64,000 nt of DNA from Macrostomum lignano. Its lineage: Eukaryota. The notes below the pieces were generated by a model, which ran no database searches, had not been told where the DNA came from, and saw nothing but the letters and a program-made list of their open reading frames with translations. The translations under genes and the position numbers were made by a program. Shown here one piece after another: positions 18,611-32,257 of this stretch. Every line of letters begins with the position of its first letter. The stretch's first letter is position 1. Location of the stretch: NCBI GenBank assembly GCA_002269645.1, contig NIVC01002235.1, positions 1-64,000 on the forward strand. The letters run 5' to 3'.

Positions 18611-19107
18611 TTTGTTGACGCTTTTCAGATAGTCAGGTCCCCGTTTGCTGATAACAGTTCAAAGCATTTCACTTCGAATAAACTATACGAGTAGAGGAAA
18701 AGCTGATCCCCCCCCCCAAGTTCCGAAAAGCAAAACTTTTCCCAAAATTAACATGCAAAAAGATTTCCTTACTGGAAACCTTAGGCTTGTAAAGTACAGA
18801 AAAAATATTTATGGCACATATGGTCTCCTTTCTAGACAAATGATTCATAATCCAGTTAAATTCCTTACTATAGCTCTATTTCGTTGGGTGACTCAAATAT
18901 CCAAAGAATTTCATTGAAAATACCCCACTCATTCTCCTCAATGGTAAAACTTTCCTGTTGTTAACGTTCTATGAATTGGACTCAAGCGATTACATATATT
19001 GCACAAGTCCAACGCAATCTACATTGTAAATAAGCACCTTGCTCAGTGCATGAACACGACTTTCGTGATTCTTTGATTCAATTGAGAAGGCATTGAGAAG
19101 ATGCCCC

Positions 19108-20172
19108 AACCTCAGAACCATGACAACCTAACCTCGAACCATGACACCCTAACCTCGAACCATGACACCCTAACCTCGAACCATGACACCCTAACCTCAG
19201 AACCATGACAACCTAACCTCGAACCATGACACCCTAACCTCGAACCATGACACCCTAACCTCGAACCATGACACCCTAACCTCAGAACCATGACAACCTA
19301 ACCTCGAACCATGACACCCTAACCTCGAACCATGACACCCTAACCTTAGAACCATGACAACCTAACCTCGAACCATGACACCCTAAACTCTAACCATGAC
19401 ACCCTAACCTCGAACCATGACACCCTAACCTCAGAACCATGACACCATAACCTCGAACCATGACACCCTCACCTCGAACCATGATACCCTCACCTCGAAC
19501 CATGATACCCTCACCTCGAACCATGATACCCTCACCTCGAACCATGATACCCTAACCTCGAACCATGACACCCTCACCTCGAACCATGACACCCTCACCT
19601 CGAACCATGACACCCTCACCTCGAACCATGATACTCCAACATCAGAACAAACATACATCACATCGAACCAAGACACCTGAACGCCCCAACCTCAGAACCA
19701 AGATACCCCAACCTCAGAACCAAGACAACCCAACCTCAGAACCAAGAAACCCCAACCTCAGAACCAAGACACCCCAACCTCAGAATCAAGACACCCCAAC
19801 CTCAGAACTAAGACCCCCCCCCAACCTCAGAACCAAGATGCCCCAACCTCAGAACCAAGACACCCCAACCTCAGAACCAAGATGCCCCAACCTCAGAACC
19901 AAGACACCCCAACCTCAGAACCAAGACACCCCAACCTCAGAACTAAGACCCCCCCCCAACCTCAGAACCAAGACACCCCAACCTCAGAACCAAGACAACC
20001 CAACCTCAGAACCAAGATGCCCCAACCTCAGAACCAAGACACCCCAACCTCAGAACCAAGATGCCCCAACCTCAGAACCAAGACACCCCAACCTCAGAAC
20101 CAAGACAACCCAACCTCAGAACCAAGATGCCCCAACCTCAGAACCAAGACACCCCAACCTCAGAACCAAGAC
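19108..20172. repeat. 21/22-bp minisatellite pair
   Basis: aacctcgaaccatgacaccct, then aacctcagaaccaagacacccc. Confidence 0.95.
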
Positions 20173-21084
20173 ATCCACTGAACAAAGCTTTATAGTAAAA
20201 CGCAGTAAAGCAATTAGATTCTAACGGAATTGATTTTTGATTTGATTTGATTGATTTGATCAACAAGAAAAGCAGCGGAAAATATAAATATCAGATACTT
20301 TATTTAATAACCATTAGTAAAGTTATAAATATATGCAACTAAAAACTGTAGCAAAAATAATTTGTTACGAGTACTAACATTTCTACTGTACTACTATATA
20401 CAGTAGTAAATCCTAAGCGCATTTTATAACAATAATATAATCGAAATTATCACACAGTTTCACATACAGATACTGTATACGCAGTAAATATTAGACATCT
20501 TTAGTATAATTATGATTAAGTAACACCTGGAATAAATTTGTCTACGCAAAAACATTACTCCATGCAGCTGAACTCTAATGGCAACACTTTTTTTGAAAAA
20601 CATTTCATGTACACAGCACACTTTGTTACTGGTAGTAGCATATAGTAGTAAACGATCACTCTTTTTAGGTAAAACAGTAAAAAATTTATTTCGATAAACT
20701 TCTCTATGCACAAATAAGCATTTTGAGGGGCGGAAATATGATTTCAAAAAGACGGCTATTAATTTTGTTTTGGTTGATAAAGAAAGCTATTGGATAGAAA
20801 GAAAGTACACTCTAAAATTAAAGTACAAAATCAAATCAAATACACACTATAGACTACTAAGTAATATAGGTGCAGTACTAAGTTAACATTAAATAACAGC
20901 TGTAACTTCAGAAGCGGGAACTATTTTAAACTATATAATATGAAAATATGACGCACGTAGCTGTTCATGTTTTTTAAGCACTAAGAATGCCCCCAAAACC
21001 TTCTATATTAAAATTAAATTATGAGTACCATGCATTGTGTACAGTGGAAGAAAGGACGAGTTAAAAAAACTTGTACACAGAATA

Positions 21085-21405
21085 GAGAGAGACAGTATCA
21101 GAAACCCTTGTACACAGCATAGAGAGTGACAGTACCAGAAAAACCTGTACAGAGCATAGAGAGTGACAGTACCAGAAACCCTTGTACACATTACAGAGTG
21201 ACAGTACCAGAAACCCTTGTACACCATCACAGAGTGACAGTACCAGAAACCCTTGTACACCATCACAGAGTGACAGTACCAGAAACCCTTGTACACATTA
21301 CAGAGTGACAGTACCAGAAACCCTTGTACACATTACAGAGTGACAGTACCAGAAACCCTTGTACACCATCACAGAGTGACAGTACCAGAAACCCTTGTAC
21401 ACAGT
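21085..21405. repeat. 35-36-bp minisatellite
   Basis: acagagtgacagtaccagaaacccttgtacac(att/catc). Confidence 0.9.
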
Positions 21406-21663
21406 ATGAATAAATATGGCACAATACGAATATCATGCTTATACTAGATAGAACCAACAGCCCCACAGTAAAGACTGATTATCATTACAAACAATGCCAA
21501 TGTAGACATAAATTACTGTTGTTACAAAGCTGGGTAGATAAACAATAGAATGCATTATGCATACATGCACAGACAGAAGAAAAGTAATTAAACTTTTTTA
21601 CCTGGAACATCTGCTCTATGATCATTAAATGACATGTGTTAAACAGTTTTTTATGTTTACAAA

Positions 21664-24490
21664 CTAAGGCTGCACAGGTGCCACATCAGTGTCAGCTTCA
21701 GATGGCTGCTGCTGTGGCTGCTCTCCAAACTCAACTTCGTAAGCCGGCGGATCGTAATCCGCTATGCCCAGCAACAGCTGCGCCTCGTCGAACTCGTCAT
21801 CCGGCGGAGGTCCTAAGCCGTCGTCGGGATAGGCGCTCGGCGGCTGTGCCGACGGCTGGTTCGAATTGACAACAACATCGCCGCTATTTAAGCTCAGCCT
21901 GTTGCGCAACCGGAATGGCCATAGAGAACGTCGGGATCTACTAGACTGCGACTGCGACTGCGACTGAGAGCGACGGCGATGCCGTCTGGAACGCGACGAT
22001 CTAGCCGAAGATGCCGGAGTCTGTGCCAGCGACATCCTCAATCGTCTGATATGCCTAGGCTGATAAAGACAGTTGAATGCGGCGGCTAATATTGATAGGA
22101 GACCTGCTGCTCCAACTAGATAGTAGCCAGAGCACAGGGACACTGTCACGTGACTGTCCGGTCGCAGCTGAGTGGCTTCTTGTACACCTCGGATTAATTC
22201 TGCCGCCCAATAGGCCAGGCCGCAAGCCGTGACGCAGACCAGAGCTGATCAGATGATAAGAATAAGCATTATCGGGCTTGAGATTGACGCAATGTGTGAA
22301 ATGAGACTGTTGGAGAACAAAGGAGAATATTTGAGAACAGGGCAGAATATTTGGAAAGAACAGGGCAGAATATTTGGGAAGAACAGGGGGGATATTTGGG
22401 AGGAACAGGGGAGAATGTCTGAGAACATGGGAGAATATTTGGAAAGAACAGGGGAGAATACTTGAGAAGAACAGGGGAGAATACTTGAGAAGAACAGGGG
22501 AGAATACTTGAGAAGAACAGGGGAGAATACTTGAGAAGAACAGGGGAGAATACTTGAAAACAGGGGAGAATACTTGAGAAGAACAGGGGAGAATACTTGA
22601 GAAGAACAGGGGAGAATACTTGAGAAGAACAGGGGAGAATACTTGAGAGGAACAGGGGAGAATACTTGAGAAGAACAGGGGAGAATACTTGAGAAGAACA
22701 GGGGAGAATACTTGAGAAGAACAGGGGAGAATACTTGAGAGGAACAGGGGAGAATACTTGGGAAGAACAGGGGAGAATACTTGGGAGGAACAGGGGAGAA
22801 TACTTGAGAGAAACAGGGGAGAATACTTGGGAAGAACAGGGGAGAATACTTGGGAAGAACAGGGGAGAATACTTGGGAAGAACAGGGGAGAATACTTGGG
22901 AAGAACAGGGGAGAATACTTGGGAGGAACAGGGGAGAATACTTGAGAGAAACAGGGGAGAATACTTGGGAAGAACAGGGGAGAATACTTGGGAGGAACAG
23001 GGGAGAATACTTGAGAGAAACAGGGGAGAATACTTGAGAGAAACAGGGGAGAATACTTGAGAACAGGGACCGTTGTAAAGATGAACAGGAAAGGATATTT
23101 AACAAAAGAAGATGCAGTATTTAGTGGAACAGAAAATATTGACAGGTAAGAATAACAAAAGGCAAATATTTCCCCACCCAAAAAAAGCCAAATACTCACA
23201 AGTGGTAATACTGCCAGTAGCATTGAACTGCACCACTTTCAACAGGCGCGCATTAGGCGCAAATAAATCCAACAATAGTTGCATAATAGTAAACGCTACA
23301 GCTACTAATAGTAGTGTAAGCACAGTGCGAACCGTAATTACAACGTCGTTGTTAACGCAGTCGATGTACGCTAAAAATTGCAATTGAAAAATATATACAG
23401 TAAAGTTTTTATTTAAAGAATATTTTTTTCATTAAGAAAAACGTAATTTAATCTTTCTGCGCAAATTTCTATTATTAAATAATTAGCGCATTATACTGCC
23501 TACGAGCATTACTTCCCATACTTCCTAGAGAAGCACTTTTCAGCGCTAGAATTTAGGCAATAAAATTAAATCTATTGGTAGATAAGAGGGGCCTTCAGCA
23601 TGTCTTATAGCGCACAAAATTGCAATGTCATTTTGTTAGTCCAATCTTATTATCTTTTTGCGTAGATTTCGCTAATAAATAATTGATTACTAATTGATGT
23701 GCAACCGACAGCTCAGCCGCAGCTATTGCGCGGCGCATCTGAAGGCTGCGTACGGCTGTTCGGTCGAAGGACTGGGGGGGGGGGTCGCCACACACCCTCA
23801 ATTACCCCAGCTGGGTGAGCTGAAGCACGACAGAGTTAAGTGTCTTGCTCAAGGACAAAAATTGTTCCGAGTGGGTCGAGAATCGAACTCCCGACCTTCA
23901 ATTGGTGAGTCCGACGCTCTAACCACTAGACTAAAACCCCAGTATATAGTAGTATATTATTACTATCATACCAGTATTGTTTATGACAATAGCTCCCCAA
24001 TTTAAGTCAAGCCTAAGGAGGAGATGCAGATGATTTTCTAGGAAAAGCCACGTTCTAATGTTCTGGATAAACGGCGGGAGTAACTATGACTTTTTTAAAG
24101 CTACTAAAATGCATCGCCATCTAATTAGATAAACTAGATAAAAATTTAAAATAAAGCCTCTTAAGATCCAATCTCGCTTACAATCGTCGCCAACGCGCCA
24201 CACCAGACTGCTGGCATCGCCGCGGGTTCGTTGAAACAATTCGCCATTGGCTAGGAATGCGCCGGTGCCAATGTACACCCAATTACAGCCGCCGCCTCGC
24301 GTGTAGAACCAATCGGCCGCGCCGCTGGACATGGCCAGCAGTGCCAGCACGCAACCAGAGCAAACCGCTGCTGGCAGGTTGCGGCTGGCCTCCTGATAGG
24401 GGTCCAGCAGCTCGCTATCTCGACGCGCATTGGCTAAGCGGGTGCAGAACCAGGCTCGGGTGCGAGTTAAAACTGGAATACGAGGATTGG

Positions 24491-24521
<31 letters not shown>

Positions 24522-24653
24522 GCCATCTGAACTCGCATCAGGAATTGTTGAGGATACTTGCTGCTCCTGTTGCATTGATGCATCAGCTTCTGCAGCATCT
24601 GCTTCATTTAGAAGCGGCTGAAGCAGCTCAGTGTCGTCCTGTTGAGATGGCAT
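21664..24653 (-). CDS. TMEM127: Transmembrane protein 127 ortholog, 3 coding exons (24653-24182, 23370-23200, 22244-21664)
   Basis: Matching motifs: RNLPAAVCSGCVLALL..DWFYTRGGGC; DCVNNDVVITVRTV..LLDLFAP; AYWAAELI; YYLVGAAGLLSILAAAFN; PPAY. GT-AG junctions keep frame (both phase 1). Confidence 0.85.
22310..23070. repeat. 23-bp intronic minisatellite
   Basis: gggagaatacttgagaagaacag. Confidence 0.95.
23682..23940 (-). mobile_element. tRNA-derived CORE-like SINE, internally deleted copy
   Basis: Reverse complement has A box TAGTCTAGTGGTTAGAGCG, B box GGAGTTCGATTC, and CCTTGAGCAAGACACTTAACTCT; shared with 3 other copies. Confidence 0.85.
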
Positions 24654-26090
24654 AAGAAGTACATAATGCGTTTTCTTTTACTTCCAAAGCTACTAGGATT
24701 TGATCTTTTAATGTTTTAGGAGCCAATTCTTACTTATTCCACTATTTCCTGAGCACCAGAACATATATTTTCTATATCTAATTTCTATATCTAGGCCACT
24801 CAATACTTTAAAACATTGAAGCTATTGATTTAATAGGTAGGGAAAAGCTATCGAAAAACCAAAACAAAAAGCATAGATACCTATTCAATAACCTACTAAT
24901 ATATAAAAATTAAAAATAGGCCACAAAAACATATTTTGCAAATTAAAAAGCACTAAATGATATCCAATGGATATAAATTAGTCAAGTAGGCCTACTAATT
25001 ACAAAAATAATATAGAAACTCATATTTGCACAATTTTCAAACAATCTTTCTTAGAATTAGACCAAGACATTAAGTATTAAGTATATTATGAAATTAGGAA
25101 AAATCGATGAACAATTTAAATCAAATTCGAGAAATGTTTTTTTTCAAACTAAGTTGCATGGCAATGTGTTTTTAGAGGTATGACATGTAGAAAAGAAGTA
25201 GTAAAAACTAACAATCTAATGCTCCCCTTTGAGGCACCCAATAAGCAAAGAGCAAACATGATTCAATGCATATCTATTAAAAAGTACATTTTCTTCTGAA
25301 ACAATTTCTTCTTCAGTTTTTTTAATTTTTTTTGAGTAAAATTGTCATGGACAAATATGTTTTCTATGAATCTCTTTTTTAAGTAATAAAAGTATGCAAC
25401 AAAAATAAAGCCTTCACAAAGATAATAGTCATTCATCTCCTATACTCCCAAAGATGCTGTTTTTAGGGGAAAATTCTCACATGCAACAAGGTCCTAGGCA
25501 GTCTAGTACTGTGTGCATCAAGGAGTTGGCAAAGTTTTTTTAGCTTGCTTTGCACAATAATGCTACATATTAAAATGTAAAAATGCATGGCACCACAGTC
25601 AAAGCTATGCAGTATGCCTAGCTATAGAACAGAAAATTTTCAGTTGTCTAAAACATGAGTAATAGTTGTCATTTTTGAAGCAAGTATCATATGAGTATGA
25701 GGCAGCACTATTATTTCACTCATAGTCTCCAAGTTAAATTCCCACAAAAATGCTAACTTTTGTTTTAAAGCTCAAATAAATGCACAAATTATTTTTTGTT
25801 ATACATGTATATGAAATTTTGCCTATAAAAGGAAGTGAGTTTTGCCTTGAAATAAAGCAACCATCTTGCACCCTTGCATAGCTTGATTGCTTGAAACACT
25901 CAGTTCAATATTATTACTTAGACATCTAGAGAGACTTAAGGATGGCTTATTCATCTAGGATAAGGGATTGTAAGAAAGATACAAAGAGGTTGCAAAGAAG
26001 ATATTTAGTGATATATGCAAAAGGAATACTGAGAATTAGCACTGTGACACTCTGATTTCAGTAATGCCCAATTGGACAAGTACATATACT

Positions 26091-26876
26091 GGCTCATTCC
26101 ATATAAGATGGACATATTTGGAAAATAGAAAAAAGTCAATATTTTTGCTTGCCATTGCCTAATTAGCCTATTTTTTTACCAAATGTTTATATTGTGCAAT
26201 ATATACAATCTAAGAATAAAGGAATGGTAAAATGTTGGATTAGTATGTTATCAATTGGCAAAAAGTCATTTTTGTAAAAATTTGGACATTTTTCGAAGCA
26301 AAAGACATCATTAAGATTTTGTACCTTTTAAAAACAAATAGAAAGCTTTTGAAGGTTGAAACAAACTATAGATAAAAGTATAGTACTTGCATCATCAGAT
26401 AAAAGCGTTGGTGACCAAATAATCTATTATATTTTTAATGTATTAGTACCTCAAAGTTACTGAATTGACAGAAAAAAATATGTTACGACCATAATGTTAC
26501 GACCATAAGGCTGCCTTTTCTTTTGTATCTTTGTTGCCTTTTGAGTTTATATATTCTAATAAAAGAGTATGATTTCTAAAGATGTTCTTAGTCAAATTTT
26601 AAAAATGTATTGCAAAATATCAAAAATGAAAAATGTTATAAGACTTTTACCTTTTAGTTTCTATATGTCAAAAATCCTGTCGTTACGACCATAAGTGTCA
26701 TTTAAGGTTTAATAGCATCTATACTAATGATGATATCTATATGAAACTCTATAAATGTATTCTAGACAAAATAATCTTTCATTTAAAATATTGGTTTAGT
26801 ATATTCTATTATTAGATTTCATTTTATAAGTAAAAATAACCTGTCATGTTACGACCATGCTTATATGGAATGAGCC
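26091..26876. mobile_element. Non-autonomous DNA transposon (MITE): 17-bp TIR, 4-bp TSD TACT
   Basis: GGCTCATTCCATATAAG (26091-26107) and CTTATATGGAATGAGCC (26860-26876), with TACT on both flanks. Internal GTTACGACCAT occurs four times. Confidence 0.85.
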
Positions 26877-27461
26877 TACTAGTACTAGATTGCTCAGGCC
26901 TAAATACCAGAATGCTACCAGAATGCTAGCAGAACATTATCATACATAAAGACGATTTCTAGAAATGTACTAGATACTATTCTAAGAAATAGCTAGGTTA
27001 ATATTAAATATATTAATAACAAAGAAAATCCCTAACACTTATAACAACTTGGTGGCATCAGTGGAATTTACAATCAGAGAAGAAAGACCCCTAATACAAC
27101 TTGGTAATAGTAGTAAAGTCATTACAGAAGACAGAAGAGTACACACTATTACATATAGTGGCCTATGGAATAAAAAAGAGCTATAAATTATTTAATTACT
27201 GAAATGCAACCAAATGTATTTTGCTTGCAAAAAGAAAAGCATTACGATAAGTTTTATTTTTCTTTAGCAATGCAAAAAGGTCTATTGATGCACATTTGGT
27301 TGATTTGATCCAACCTTCCCATGTGAAGCATGCAGAGCAAAAAAATCTTGCATGCATCGCCATAGTGCATACTTGGGACTATGAATTCCCCTTAAGTTAA
27401 AAGCATTCCCAAAATGACAACCATCTTCCCCCTTAAATAGCAAGCACCCAAGATAGCAAGT

Positions 27462-29241
27462 GGGTGATAGTCATTTCATCAATTGGTATTTCATCAACTC
27501 AGTTAAGGCAACTTTACTGGTGATTGACAAAGTGACTAATGCCTAGGTCTTCCCTATTTGCTTGTTGACAAAGTGACCAAAATTGTTATTATATGAATGA
27601 TATTTAGTTTATACAGCAGCATAGCTTAATAATTTTTATATTGATGAGTTTGGTTTAATAATTACCTAATTTTATTTGAAACAATCAAACTTTGCAATTT
27701 TGTTACAATATAGTATATGTTAACTGCATGCCTATTTATACATATATTCGATAGGTTAAATGTTCCGATGCAAATACTCTAGATGCAAATGCATCACCTA
27801 TATATGCAAACTCATACCTATATGCATCCGGGCATCAATGAATCTTTGGCCAGAAAGTACCTACTATTTGTCAACTAGTGCGCATTGCAAACAGAGCTTG
27901 GGAAGCTGAGTATCCAGTGCCCCCTATTTGACCTCCAGTTCAATCTGGCTATGGACCGTATCCCTCCAGATTTTGTTCAGGCTAACATTCGAGTTGAAGG
28001 AACTAGCAAGCACCATTTGCTACTTTTTACTACCAATCAAATCAAGCTGCTGGCATCTTATTGGCTATGGTTTCTAGATGGCACTTTTGATGTCATCCAT
28101 GCACCATTCAAGCAACTCTACTCTGTGTACTGCTATATCCAGCAAGGAACAATGTCAGTCAAACCAATGCCCCTGGCATTTGCTATGTCAGGCAAGGCTA
28201 TCAACAACTATACTGCTGTATTTCAATTGCTGCAGGAGGCAATCGGTAACACAACACCCGAAGTCTGCATACTGAACTTTGAGCTACTGGATGGCAGACA
28301 TATTGTCAGCTTCAAGGCTGCCTTTTTCACTACACATAGGAAATATTTTGTCGCGTTCAATATCTAGGATTGCAACAGGCCTACCTAATAAGAGCCTTTT
28401 TTCTGGAATTTCACCAGGATGCTGATGGGCCTGCCCTACCTACTGTACCAGCACATGAATGACGCAGCCTAACATAAGTTGTCACCCAAGTGCAAGTGCT
28501 GCTTTTATTGGACCTAGCTAAGTATGTCAATAGTACATGGCTGACCAACTTAGTGCATAGCGCTGCTGAAATAAACATTTATGGCTAGTCCATTCGGACA
28601 AACAACAAGGTAAAAGGCTGGCATCAGCAACTGAAGCAGTGGGCTAGAAGAGTGCAACTTATCCTGTATCCTCTCATTCAACTGCTCCACTTGGAGGTGT
28701 TGCTGGTAGGCCTACCTATACACACCGCGCTAGTGCAACAAGGAATACAGGAGTGGTAGGCAGCATTGGGGGTAGTATGATTGGCTGCAAGTGCAAGTGG
28801 AGCAATATTAGGCACAGTATCACAGTGGCACATTTTTGATTTGTGCATTCCTGCTCAGCTACATAAGACTTGGCCACATTCCACATTTCAAACACCTGAA
28901 TGAATTATTGTTTGTAAATGTATAGTCAGAGACGCATCAATTGAAACTGGCAGATATTGCACAGAAGGGTATCTAGATATATTAATTAGCCTGTCAACTT
29001 AGTCATTTCATAGTTTAGTTTTAGTATTTTTGTGGCTACCAGTAGCAGGGGTAGTTTATTGGCAGTTGACAAAGTGACCAATGTTGGGGAACTCCCTGTT
29101 GGTCAGTTGACAAAATGACTAAGGTTGGAGACTGTTTCATTGGCTAGTTGACAAAATGACCAATGCAAAAACTAAGTTGACAAAATGGCCAGTTGACAAA
29201 ACATAAACACCAATTGAGTAAATCGTAAATGACTAGGACCC
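27462..29241 (+). mobile_element. Degenerate Mutator (MULE) element with TIRs and ~8-bp TSD
   Basis: WFLDGTFDVIHAPFKQLYSV..PLAFAMSGK..PEVCILNFE and later RTNN..KGWH. Ends are GGGTGATAGTCATTT / AAATGACTAGGACCC. Flanks are TAGCAAGT / TAGCAAGC. Confidence 0.8.
27885..28367 (+). pseudogene. MULE transposase fragment
   Basis: DGTF catalytic-D motif present; downstream frameshifts and stops. Confidence 0.8.
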
Positions 29242-31798
29242 TAGCAAGCATCTTTCAAAAGTAATAATAAGAATAATAGACTAGCTTTCTTTTTCCAAAA
29301 TAGATCATATAAGTAAAAAGCCTTCAAAATTTAAATACAAAATTCAATACAAAATTTAAATGCATATTCAAGTCAAAAAATGAAATAGAAATCATTGACA
29401 TTAACTAGTTTCTTATAATATATAAAAATTTTATATAGTTCTAATTTTAAATTATGCTTTTTAAAAGTTCAACTCTCAAATAGGCTTTTCACAAAGATTG
29501 GTTCCAGAACCAGAATCAATAGGAAAATGAAAAGCATCAAATTTTCAATTCTATTTCTGTCTAATTATATTACTTTTAAAAGATAAACATATTTTTATTT
29601 AATATTAAAAACCCAGGATTCTTTTTGAAATGTTATTTCAAATTTGTCTTTTTGTTTCTGTAAAAATGTGACAATGGATTAAAAAAATTTCTCAAACCAA
29701 ATTCTAGAATCAGATCACAGTTCTAGAACTGATTCTAAAAATGGAACAGCCAAATGAAAAGCTTTGAACCAATTCTAGTTCTGGAATTAGTAGGGCCTAA
29801 TATAAAAAGGATATAAGTGATGATATAAGTCATGGATCATGGAACTTATGCTAGGCACTTCAGTGAGAAAATTAAATTTCAGAAATTGTTATAGGCTGCT
29901 ATTTCACTAGATAGATCTTACTTTCCCATTTCCAAAATGGCCAAACTTTAGTGATTTGGTTGAGTAATAAGGAAACTACAGCTATTTTAGTAACCCCGAT
30001 TTGTGCCTTTAGCCAATGGAATTTTTACATTACGGTTTGTGATCATTTTTGGCCAAAAAGTTGGCTTTTTGTCTTTGAACACTTGTAATTAATTTTCTAG
30101 CCAACCAAAATGACTGTGCTTGGTGTCATTTTGTTCAGTTTTTTAGTGTTAATTGTATGAATTATATATTTTAATATTATTTTATATGCCCAAGTTGCTA
30201 AGCTAATTGAAACAGGATGGGTGTATGAAATTTTGACTATTTTAACCAGATACGCAATGATTGCAATTTTAAAAATACAATAGCATCTGTTCTGCTTGCT
30301 TAATTTATACAAGGCTAGTGTCATTTTGTTCAGGTTTTTACCTACTATAATACTATTCTACTTCTTGCCCTAAATTTTTAATGCATGACAGACACCCCAA
30401 CTGCAATGTAATGTGCTGTACAGGCTTTGCGCATGGGTTTATTAAAAAACGGTTTTGCCTATCATGTTCAGCATAGCAGAATTAGTTAAATGACACAGAG
30501 AACTAGTTTGCCGGAAGGCAGAGTCTCACAAAAAACACGAAATACACGTTTCAATGGGTATTTTACATGTAAACGTATCAAAAAAAGAAACCTCCACAAA
30601 ATTTTTGCGCCTATAGCTATTGGCAAGCGGTTTTTTTTACTGTGCTTGTATTGTCAATAGGTAATGAAAAATATAAAGAGAAACAATGCAGGAAAAGGAT
30701 TTCATGGAAAATTTTGGATTTGAAATTTTGCATAGAGCCATATGGGCATTAAAAGAAAAAAAAAATTTTTTTAACACCAGAAAAATGTTTCTAAATTATC
30801 CCTTTACACTATAAAACCTTTGTTTCCATTATAAGAAACACATTGCAGCTAAGAAAAAGCATTTTCTGAACCACTGTTTTTTTATTCATTTTGGCTTCAA
30901 TTTTATATTCCTCCTAAAAAATGGTCAACTTTAAAAATAGACAGTGCAAAAAGTATAACAAAGCTAGACTTGCAGTTGGTGTCATTTGAAAGAGCTCCTT
31001 TTTACCTTTTAAATGCATATTTTACTTTCATCCTGGCTTCTATAGTTTCTTTAAAATCGCCCTTGAAAAATTGGACTTTTTTCTTACTTTTTTGCCATTG
31101 GCACGCACTTCTTATAACTCACTGAAGTCCCTACTTATGCCACAAAGTCAAAGAAAAGCTTAAAAATAAAACTAGGCGCTAGGCCTATTTGTTATTTCCG
31201 AGCACGAGTTTAGCAATAGTATTGACATGGCATTGGCATTTTATAATAAATAAAAGTTTTGTGAAAATTGATAGCGTAAAAGTAAAAAAATGTAAGTTTT
31301 GCATTCCTATGGCTATGACCTATGGCTACAGGCCATAAGGCCAAGAGAATATCTTTTTAAAATATCTTAAGTGATTTTTAAAAAAGGGACTAAATATGTA
31401 ATTTGTCTTTGTTGTTGACAGCTTTAGCTTTTTAATTGTAAGATTAATTAACTATTTGTGCAAAGTTAATTTACTATATTAGATTTTGATACATGCCAAA
31501 CACAACACTGCACTTTTCGTGTAGCCGTTACCTAGGCCCTACTTTCACACACACAAACGATCGTTAATAAATTATCAAGAGAGAATAAGTTAAAAACCAA
31601 TTCCAGGTTCTACTGTTGTTAGAACTAAAAATACCATTGTAGATAAATAGAAATTTAAATTTTAGAATATTTTCTTATATAATGATTGCAGAATATTCAC
31701 CGACAATGTTAATAAGTGAATGCTTAGTACTTGTTATAAAAGGCAAAACTTTTAACTTTGTTTAATTGTTAGAAATGAAACTAAAATTTAGTCACAAA

Positions 31799-32257
31799 GG
31801 TTCCTAGTCATTTCGTATCTGCCATTTCGTCATCTGGGTGTCTGGGGTGCTCACCTTGACTACGGTCACTTTGTCATCTTAATTAACATGCACTACCTGA
31901 AGAGAGTCATTTCGTCATCCACCAATCATATTAGTTCCAACTTCAAGTAAATTATTGTGGCAATCAAACGTATTTACTTGGAAATTGGAATCCTTATGAT
32001 CCCAGTCATTTTGTCATCTCGATTGATAAAACCTGTCGATCGATCGGTTCTGCTTGCCGCAGCTTATAGTTATTAAACAAGAAATATTTTACACTAACTC
32101 GAATCACGCACAGATTCATTGGTTGATGACGAAGTAGGCCTATCCAGCATAACTAAATATTTGGTCACTTCGTCAAATTATTTTTCAAGCTACTTTGCTT
32201 CTGGTCACTTCGTCATCCGATAGGACGAAATGGAATATGACGATCTGACCAGTGACC
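31799..32257. mobile_element. MITE related to the MULE element
   Basis: Imperfect ~38-bp TIRs (GGTTCCTAGTCATTTCGT.. / ..GACGATCTGACCAGTGACC), subterminal GTCA(C/T)TTCGTCA repeats, flanks GTCACAAA / GTCACAAT. Confidence 0.65.

Noticed and set aside
29300-31700. Additional transposon in the AT-rich stretch
   Set aside because: Only short scattered repeats; no convincing TIR pair, TSD or coding remnant could be read.
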